Assembly (NCBI GenBank): GCA_951812285.1
Contig: OX638292.1
Location: 1,183,699 to 1,247,698, forward strand
Length of the DNA: 64,000 nucleotides
Source of the DNA: an uncultured Dehalococcoidia bacterium
GTDB lineage: Bacteria; Chloroflexota; Dehalococcoidia; Lucifugimonadales; UBA1127
Reading direction: 5' to 3'
Shown: positions 47,627 through 57,300 of the stretch, piece by piece
Numbering within the stretch: the first letter of the stretch is position 1
Layout: every line of letters begins with the position of its first letter
Made by a program: the position numbers and the translations under genes
Notes under the pieces: generated by a model
What the model saw: only the letters and a program-made list of their open reading frames with translations
Database searches by the model: none
Told to the model about the DNA's origin: nothing

Positions 47627-48379
47627 ATGACGAGGCTATTCGGCGCTGCCGTCCTGCTGGTTGGTTCGCTCTTCATGCTTGCTGCTTGCGCCGGTGCCCC
47701 CTCGGCAACGCAGACCGAGCCGTCGCCCGACCTCGCGCCCGTACAGGCCGACGGGAACGATGGCCCGCCCGACACGGAAGTGGACATCACCGTGGGCGAT
47801 GAGTCTGAGGAGCAACCGGAGTCAAAGTCTGACGATGACTCTGAATCTGAGTCCAAGGACAGCACCGAGGATGCGCCGTCAGCGACCCCTATCCCCCCTT
47901 CACCCGCAAGCGTCAAGAGCCTTCCCGACGCCCCCCTGGAAGCCAAGGAGTACTCCTGGAAGGACGGCGACCGGACGTTCACCGTGGTCCTCCAGCCTGA
48001 CCTTGCATTGCTGGACATTGGAGGCGGCGAACCGCCCAAGGACGCTCTGGCGAACACCGGGAAGGGCGCAATCGTGGAGAGCACGGGCGGCAAGAGCGCA
48101 CTGCCGGTCTTCAAATCCCCGTCCGGCGAGCTCATGACGCTCCCCGGCGGCGTGCTGCTGGTGCTAGAGCCGAAGCTGACTGCGTCTGAGGTCAACTCCT
48201 TCTTCGCCCAAAACGGCATCAAGCGCGACAAGGTGTCGGAGCTGAGCTACGTCACAAACGGCTTCTTCATCGAGACTGAACCGGGATTCCCCTCGCTGGA
48301 CCTGGCCAACAAGCTTGCTGCTCTGGATGACGTCATCATCTCCAGCCCCAATTGGTGGACGGAAATTTCCACGAAGTGA
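47627..48379 (+). CDS. Lipoprotein, candidate stand-alone propeptide/external chaperone of the downstream S8 protease
   Basis: Lipobox LAAC, acidic disordered linker, compact C-domain PVF......LPGGV.L....SL.LAN.L....V..SSPNWW...K. TGATG overlap with the protease gene. Confidence 0.6.
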   Translation: MTRLFGAAVLLVGSLFMLAACAGAPSATQTEPSPDLAPVQADGNDGPPDTEVDITVGDESEEQPESKSDDDSESESKDSTEDAPSATPIPPSPASVKSLPDAPLEAKEYSWKDGDRTFTVVLQPDLALLDIGGGEPPKDALANTGKGAIVESTGGKSALPVFKSPSGELMTLPGGVLLVLEPKLTASEVNSFFAQNGIKRDKVSELSYVTNGFFIETEPGFPSLDLANKLAALDDVIISSPNWWTEISTK

Positions 48380-51300
48380 TGGTTCCGCCCGAACGCACTT
48401 CCGTTGCTGCCGACACGGAGATGCCCCTCTCCGCGATGCCGAACGCGCGCAGCCGCCAGCGCGCCGCGCCTCGTATGTCGACCATCGTGGACCGAATGGG
48501 CCTGCTGCTGGTCCCGGCGCTCGTGCTGATGCTCCTGCTGTCTCTCACAGCGGATCCCGTGTCCGCTCAGTCCGGCACGCCGAGCGCTCCCACCCTCGAC
48601 GCCGTGTCCACCGGCGACGGCGTCCTGAACGCCGAGTGGACCGCGCCGTCGAACACCGGCTCCTCCGCCATCACGGCCTACGACATCCGTTTCATTGAGA
48701 GCAGCGCGTCCGACAAGGCGGACGAACACTGGACGGTGGTGGAGGATGTCTGGGTGCTGTCCGGCGAGCTCGAGGCCACCGTCAGGGGCGTGGACAACGG
48801 CGTCCAGTACGACGTGCAGGTGCGCGCCGTGAACTCGCGGGGCAACGGTGCGTGGTCATCGACGGTCACCGGCACTCCCGCCGACCACGGCGGCAACCGA
48901 AACTCCGCGACGGAGATCGCGCTGCAGACCCCAACGCCCGGCCTCATCTCCTCCAGTTCCGACACCGACTATTTCCGCTTTACGCTCTCGGAGCCCACGG
49001 GCGTATTCATCTACACCACCAGCTACTACTCCGGCTTTCTGCCAACGACGGGCGATCTGCGCAACAGCGGTGGTGCGGTCATCAAGTCGGACGACGGCGA
49101 CAGCGGCATGCGCCAACACGGCGACCAGCTCTTCATCTGGGACTCGCTCAGCGCCGGCACGTACTACGTCAGCGTGGAGGCACCCCAGTCCGGCGCATAC
49201 ACACTCCACACGCAGCTCGTGCCCGATGGGACGAGCGTCGACGACGCCGTTGACCTCACCCTGGGCGGCGTCACAGGGGGCATCCTCGACACCGCTTCCG
49301 GCGACGAGGACTTCTTCCGGCTCCACCTGACCCAGCAGGCGGACGTCGTCATTCGCATCGAACGCGCGAATGAGGGCCTCGACCCTATCGCCACTCTGAC
49401 GGACGATGGCGGCAACGTCATAGCCGTCCATGACGACAGCTACCTCGAGGGCGACAGGGGCAAGCACTTCATCATCAACAGGAGTTTGGACGCCGGGGTC
49501 TACTACCTGAAGGTGAATGCCGCGCCGGAATCCACGTATGAGGTCTGCAGGGGCTTTGTGCCCCGGCTCAGGCTAAGGTCCTTTGTGGACTGCATCGACA
49601 CTGAGACCAAGGACGCAGCCACCACAGGAGGGCCGTACCTCATCGGCGTCCACGAGACGCCGCGGTCAGGGTCCTCGAACTCCTCCGCTCGGCCGCTGCC
49701 CGTCGACGGCGCCGTCATCACCGCCGGCCACATCAGCACGCGAGGCGAGTCCGATTACTACAGCATCACCGTGGACGAACCCACGCGGGTGGCGGTCCAG
49801 GTCGTCAGTGACGAGGTCGACACCACCGGGACCTACTACTACCTGGGCAACAGGGAGGCTCCGGCGTATCTAAAGCCGACGGACTACGTCCCCGGCGGCT
49901 TTGGGTTCATCCTCTACGCCAATCTCGAGGCGGGTACGCACCAGGTCCGCGTGCGCGCCGGCAGATCAACCGAAACTGGCGGCTACACGGTCCGGGTGGT
50001 CGAGGACACTGAGTACGCGGATTTCTTCGACAACTGTTCCTCCATCACCACCCCCTACGACGATCCCCTGTACGGCTGCCAGTGGTACCTCAACAACACA
50101 GGCCAGAACTCGGGCGTGGCAGCCGGCATCGCGGGCGAGGACATCAACGTGGAGGACGTCTGGGCAGGCGGAAACCTCGGCGAGGGCATCATCATCGCCA
50201 TGGTCGACGACGGTCTGGAATTCGAGCACGAGGACCTTTGGGAAAACGTGGACGTCTCACTGAACCGGGACTATTCCCATGGCCGGGGTCAATTTGAGGA
50301 CCACTACGACCGTGGCACCCAGCTCGCTGGCCTCGCCGCCGGCCGGGACAATGCGATTGGCATGAGAGGCGTGGCCCCCCGCGCGACAATCGTCAACTAC
50401 AACGCCCTTCGCTACGGCTTCACATACGACATTGCGAGCGCAATGGTCAGCAATCTGGAAGACGTCGCAGTCTCCAACAACAGTTGGGGGCACATTGGGG
50501 GACCCGGGTTCAACTATTCCAGCAGCGTATGGGAAAGGGCCATCGAGCGGGGCCTTTTGGAAGGGTTCGACGACAAAGGGACCTTTTACACGATCTACTC
50601 GGGGTCGGGAGCGAACGATGGTGACTATTCCAACCTGAGCGGCTACGCGAACCACTACGGGGTCACCGCCGTGTGTGCCGTGAACGACCTTGGCCAGCGT
50701 TCCTCATACTCGGAACGAGGGTCCAACGTCTGGGTCTGCGCACCCTCCAGCGACGATGACGAAGGCAGGCAGGGCCTCACCTCGACGTTGCCGTACAACC
50801 GCTACGCATCCAACATCGGCGGCTCCGGCGCCTCAACCGCTCTGGTCTCAGGCGTTGCCGCCCTCGTTCGCAAGGCAAACCCGGACCTGACGTGGCGCGA
50901 CGTGCGGCTGGTCCTCGCCGGGTCGGCCCGCCAGAACCATACCGCCGACTCCGATTGGTCGACGGGCCCCCTCAAGTACGGTTCAACCACTGAAAATTAC
51001 AAATTCAACCACTCCTACGGCTTCGGGGTCGTGGACGCCAAGGCCGCCGTAGACCTGGCAGCCACCTGGACCAACCTGCCTCGATTCAAGTCTCTGACGG
51101 CGGTCTCAGGTGAACTGAATCTCAGAATTGAGGACATGGGGACCGTGAGCCAGGAGTTGACCGTGGGCCCCGGCGTGGACTTCATCGAGTACATCGACGT
51201 CACCGTTGACCTCTTTCACCCGTCCTTCCGCGACCTGAAAATCGAGCTGGTCTCACCCTCCAACGCCGTGTCAGCGCTGAGCGAGACCTACGATGGGCCG

Positions 51301-54300
51301 GACAAATACTCGATTGACGAAGATTTCCGGTTTGGGACCGCCAAACACCTCGGGGAGGACGCAGCCGGAACGTGGACTCTCCGGATATCCGATGGTGTTG
51401 CGGACCACCTCGGCACGCTGGATTCCTGGAGCCTGCAGATATACGGTCATGGCTCTTCTGTAAGGACTACGTCCATCCACACCGTCATCCCCGGCAGCGA
51501 GTCACTCGAGGTTGGCTGGAAGGGGATCGACGACCCCGACATAGGGGCCTTTGACGTTCGCTACATCCAGAGCGACGCCACCGACAAGGCCGACGCGAAC
51601 TGGACAGTTGTCGATGACGCCTGGACTGGCGCCGGCCCCCTTGAATACGAGGTTACCGGACTCACCAACGGGACCACCTATGACCTGCAGGCGCGTGGCG
51701 TCGGGGTCACGGAGCACGGGGAGTGGTCGGACGTCGTCACCGGCGCTCCCGCCGCCGCGGCCGACGCCGTCCCCGCGGTCATCGCCGCGCTCGGCGAGGA
51801 ACATGCGCTCGGCGTCGTATGGAGCGCGCCGTCCAACCCGGGTGCGACGACGACTGCCTACGACGTACGCTACATCCGCAGCGATGCCAGCAGCAAGGCC
51901 GACGCCGACTGGAGCCTGGTGGACGACGCGTTGACGGACCTCGACGGCAACCTTGCCTACACGATAGCGGGCCTCATGAACAACGTGATGTATGACGTCC
52001 AGGTGCGCGCCGTGAGCTCCAGCGGCGACGGCGCGTGGTCCCCCACCGCCAAGGGCCTGCCCCGTGAGGTCGGCAATGACCTGCGCACAGCCTCGCCCCT
52101 CGCGTTTGCTCTTCCCTTCCAGGCCGCCATGGACTTCTCCAACGACATTGACGTGTACCGAATAGACCTTGCCGAGGAAACAGAGGTCTACTTGTATTCC
52201 GAGGGCCCCACGGACACGGTTGCCGAGCTTCTTGACGCCGACGGCAATTCCTTGCGGTTCAATGACGACTCTGGAGCTTTCCTGAATTTTTCCATTCAGG
52301 AAACCCTCCAGCCGGGCGTCTACTTCCTTGAAGTCACGGGTTGGAGCGGATCCACCGGCAACTATCAGCTCTGGATGCTGATGCCGGAGGAGGAACAGGA
52401 CATCGGTGATGCACTCACGCTTGAACTCGGAAGTTCCATTGATGCCAACATCTCCGTGGACGACGCCGACTACTACAAGCTGGTCTTGACTGGGGAAACT
52501 GAGGTCCTCCTATACAGTTCCGGCGATACTGACACTTATGCGGAGCTTCTCAATGCAGACGAAATGTCCCTGGTGACTGACGACGACGGCTTTCTGCCCA
52601 TCGGCGTCCGGAACTTTACGATCCGGCGCACCCTTGCCGCCGGCACGTATTTCCTGAAAGTCACCGGCCATTTCAATGCGGTGGGCGACTACACAGTTCA
52701 CGCCAAGGCTGTGACCGCCCCCGGCAGTACGCCGGCAGACGCCCTCTCCTTGACGCTAAATTCGCCCGAGGGCGGGAACATTGACCCCGCCGGTGACGCA
52801 GACTACTACACGTTCACCCTGGCGGCTGCGGACTATGTAAGAATCAGTGCGGTCCCGGATTCCAATGCATCGAACCCCCCGGACGTGAAGGGAGAGATTC
52901 TTGACGCTAGCCTTAACTCGCTCGAGGCGTACTTCATAGACTCCTACTACCTCGAGGCATTCGCGATTTACGACTACCTGCCGGCCGGCACCTACTATCT
53001 CAAGGTAACCGGAGATACGGATGCCGTCACTGAGTCGTACATCGTCATGGTGTCTGACGACACGTATGTCCGTGAACTGACGGAAATGTGCGCAGACATA
53101 TTCCCGGAGGTTTCAGACCCCTTCTTCGGCTGCCAGTGGTACCTGCGCAGCGAGGGGCAGCTGCCCGCCCTCGCAGACTCCGACATCAACATCGGTGACG
53201 TCTGGGACGACTACAAGGGGGACGGGATAACCGTCGCCATCGTCGACACCGGTCTGGACTACCGGCACGGCGACCTGCGTGGAGACAGGGTCGACGAGTC
53301 CAAGAACCACTCCTACGTGGAGGGAAGAGACGTCGATGAATTCTCCCCCTCCCACGGCACCGGTGTCGCAGGCATCATCGCCGGCCGTGAGAACGACATC
53401 GGCATGCGCGGCGTTGCCCCGGAGTCCACGATCTATGCCTATAACCTTCTGCAACATTTTAGCGAAATGAACGAGGCCGACGCGATGAGCAGGGACTCTG
53501 CCACCACCGCCGTCTACAACAACAGCTGGGGAGTGCCTGATTTCGCCGCCGGGCCCGGAGCAGCCTCGTCCCTCATCAAGCTGGCGATTGAAGACGGCGT
53601 CATCAACGGCTACGGTGGCAAGGGCGCCTTCTACGCCTGGGCCGCCGGGAATGGCCATAACTTGGGCGACTACTCCACACTGGAGGAGTACTCTAACCTC
53701 TTCGGCGTAACCGCCGTGTGCGCCGTCAACTCGTACGGGAAGCGCTCCACCTATTCCGAGATGGGCTCCAACCTCTGGGTGTGCGGCAGCTCCAACGGCG
53801 GCGGCCGCGGGATCTTGACGACCACGCACAGAAACTCATTCACGCAGTTCTTCGGCGGGACCAGCGCTGCCTCGCCGATGGTCGCCGGCGTCGCCGCCCT
53901 GGTGCGCGACGCCAACAACGCCCTCACCTGGCGCGACGTCAAGCTCATCCTCGCCGCGACGGCGCAGAAGATCGACCCGGACAACCTGGGCTGGGAGACA
54001 GGCGCGCTCAAGTACGGCTCCACGTCCGACCGCTACGACTTCAACCATGAGTTCGGATTCGGCCTCGTGGACGCCGAGGCCGCCGTTGAGGCGGCCGAGA
54101 ACTGGACCCTGCTGCCCAAGTTCCGGCGGGTCACCGTCGCATCCAGCGCCGTTGAGCGTGCAATCCCGGACAGGCCTCTTCAGGGGAGCCCGACGTTCAC
54201 AGAATTCACCCTCACGGTGGGCCCCTACGTAGACTTCATCGAGCACGTGCAGATCGACGCCCACATCGCGCACGAGTCGTTCAGGGAGCTCCAGATCGAG

Positions 54301-57300
54301 TTGGTGTCGCCTTCGGGCGCCGTTTCGGTGCTTTCCCCCTACTATCCCCCGGACGGCCCCCGCTTTTTCGGCTTCCCGGAGGCCCGGTGGGACGCGCCCT
54401 TCGAGTTCAGCTCCACCAAGCACCTGGGTGAAGACGGGGCCGGTGAATGGACGCTCCGCATCGCCGACCACTACACGGGTAGGTCCGGCACGCTCCGGTC
54501 GTGGAGCATCACCCTCTACGGCCACGGCGATTCACCCGAGATCCCCGCGATCGATTCCGTAACCCCCGGCGTCCGCAGCGCAACGATCGCGTGGACCGCG
54601 CCCGAGGACCCCAACAACGCCATCACCTCCTACGACCTGCGCTACGCCGACGGCGGCAACACCGACCTCGCCGAGGACGACTGGACCGTAGTCGAGAGTA
54701 TCTGGACCTCCGGGACGCTGAGCTACACCCTCACCGGCCTTGCGGCCGACGTCGAGCACTGGGTCCAGATCCGCGCCGTCGCCAGTGCCGGACCGGGTCC
54801 GTGGTCGGAAGAGGAGAAGGTTTTCGTCAACCTCGCCGCGCCCACGGCCGTCACGGTCGACGAGATCCGCACGGGCGACCGCTCACTGGGCATCTTCTGG
54901 CAGCCCCCATCAGAGGCGCTGGGAGGCGAGATCACCGCCTATGACATTCGCTACATCCTGACCTCTGAGGACGAGACCGTCGACGGCAACTGGTCCGTCC
55001 GCAGCAACGCGTGGCAGACCGGACTCCTCCAATACGACCTCATGTCGTTGACCAACGACTCGGAATACGACGTCCAGGTGCGCGCGGTCAACTCCGCGGG
55101 CCGTGGCGCGTGGTCGGTCACGTCAACCGGCACCCCCGTCGACCAGGTCAACGTCTCCCTGAGCTGGGAGGTAAGCTCGGCGACCTACGCCGAGAGCGAG
55201 GGCCGGGTCGTTCTGAAGGCGGTCATGGTCACGACGGAAGACGGCGCCCTGCCGTCCTCATTCTCCGTGGACGTCGACGTCTCGGCGTCTGGCGCCGCGG
55301 TGGATCCGGAGGACTACATCCTCGGAACGCAGACCCTGACGTTCTCCGCCGGCGACTTCACCGCCGTCACAGTCGGCTCCGACGACCGGTGGCGCGCCGA
55401 GACCGACGTCGTCGTCACCATACGGGATGACGGTGTAATAGAATCAAACGAGAGCTTCACCCTGACGCTGTCGTACGACACCCTCGTGCAGTCGCACCTG
55501 CGGGGCAACAACGACGCGCTCACCGTGACCATCACGGACGACGACCACGTGCCGGTGACCCTGAGCTGGGTCCAGTCCCTCGTGTCAGTCGACGAGGGCA
55601 GCGGCCGGGTCCGCCTGACGGCTGTCGCGGAGACCACCGCGAACACGGCCCCCAAAGCCGGCTTTGCCTTCCAGGCGTTGATGTCCGCCGTTCAAGGCAG
55701 CGCAACCAAGGGCGACGACTACCCCGTGGCATTCGGCATGGTGGTCTTCCCCGGGACCGCGTTCACCAGGACCACCATAGACGGCCTGAGCCGCTATCGC
55801 GCCAGTGTCCAGATCGAGGTCCCCATCACCGACGACACGCTGGACGAGCCCGATGAGACGCTGACCCTCGTCCTCTCACACGCCAACCCCAGCCTGCGGT
55901 ATGCGGTTGGTGGAGCAGACTCAGTCGACGTCGTCATCAGGGACGACGACTATGGCCCGGTCAGCCTCAGCTGGGAACAGACGTCGTTCACAGTCGACGA
56001 GGACGACAGCTCCGTCACCCTTACTGCCCACCTGACCACGGAGACTTCATTGATGCCTGAGACAAGCATGACCGTCAACGTACGCGTAAGCACGTCAGGC
56101 GTCAGCGCCGCAGCCGGCTCGGACTTTAGCGAGCTGAACAACACGGCACGCTTCAGGGTGGGGGACTTCACCCAGCAGACCGTGAACGGCCAGCTCCGCT
56201 ACCGCGCGTCCAAGGACTTCACCGTCAACCTCATCAACGACACCGACGATGAGCCCGATGAGGAGTTCAGGGTGACGCTGTCCTTCACTAACCCTTCCCT
56301 CCCCCACCTCGTGGGAGGGAGCAAGGACGCCTTTGTCACCATCATTGACAACGACCACGTGCCGGTCACCCTCGGATGGGAGGAGACGGCATTCACGGCA
56401 GAGGAGCCGACAAGCCCAAGCGATACGACGCCGGTGACCCTCACCGCCCAGGCCGTCACGACCGTCGACAAGCGGCCGGAGAGCGGCTTTACCTTCGATT
56501 ACACCGTGAACACGCAGAACGGCTCGGCGCGGCAACCCGATGACTACGAGCAACTCTCGACGTCCGGGACCTTCAGCCGCGGCGACTTCACCCGCACGCA
56601 GGTCGACGGCCACTTCCGCTACATCGCATCGACTTCATTCACGGTCCGGGTGCAGCATGACACGGTCAATGAGCCGAACGAGTCGTTCACCGTGCGCCTC
56701 GCCTACGACGGATCGAGTCAGCCCCACCTGCTCCTTGGCGATACGACCGCAACCATCACCCTCACGGACGACATCGCGTCCCTGACCGACCTCAGCGCGT
56801 CCGTCAGCGGCGGCCCGGGCAACGTCGAGCGCGGCGATCAGATCACCTACGACTGGACCGTCAGCAACAACGGCCCCTCCGCCTCCACGTCCACGCGCTT
56901 GACCGGCTCCCTCGACGCGGGTACGAGCTTCGTATCGGCGACGCCCTCCGGCCAGTGCAGCGGGTCCGGTAACCGGGTCACCTGCAACCTCGGCACGCTC
57001 GAGGTCAACGACTCTGCGAACGGCACCGTCGTGGTCGAGGTCAAGGACGCCGCCTCTGGGGACCTGGACTTCGCGGCCAGCTTCAGCTCCGACCAGTTGG
57101 ACCGGACCCCCTCCGACAACACGAACTCGGTGCACACGGAGCTCGTGGCCCCACCCGATGACATCACCACCCTGAACGCCGCGCCGACCACTGAATACAT
57201 CGACATTTCATGGTCGCCGCCCAAGGACAACGGCAGCGAAGTGACCGGATATGAATTGGAGCGGAAGACCGCGGACGGAGCGTTCGTCCCCATGTTCCCT

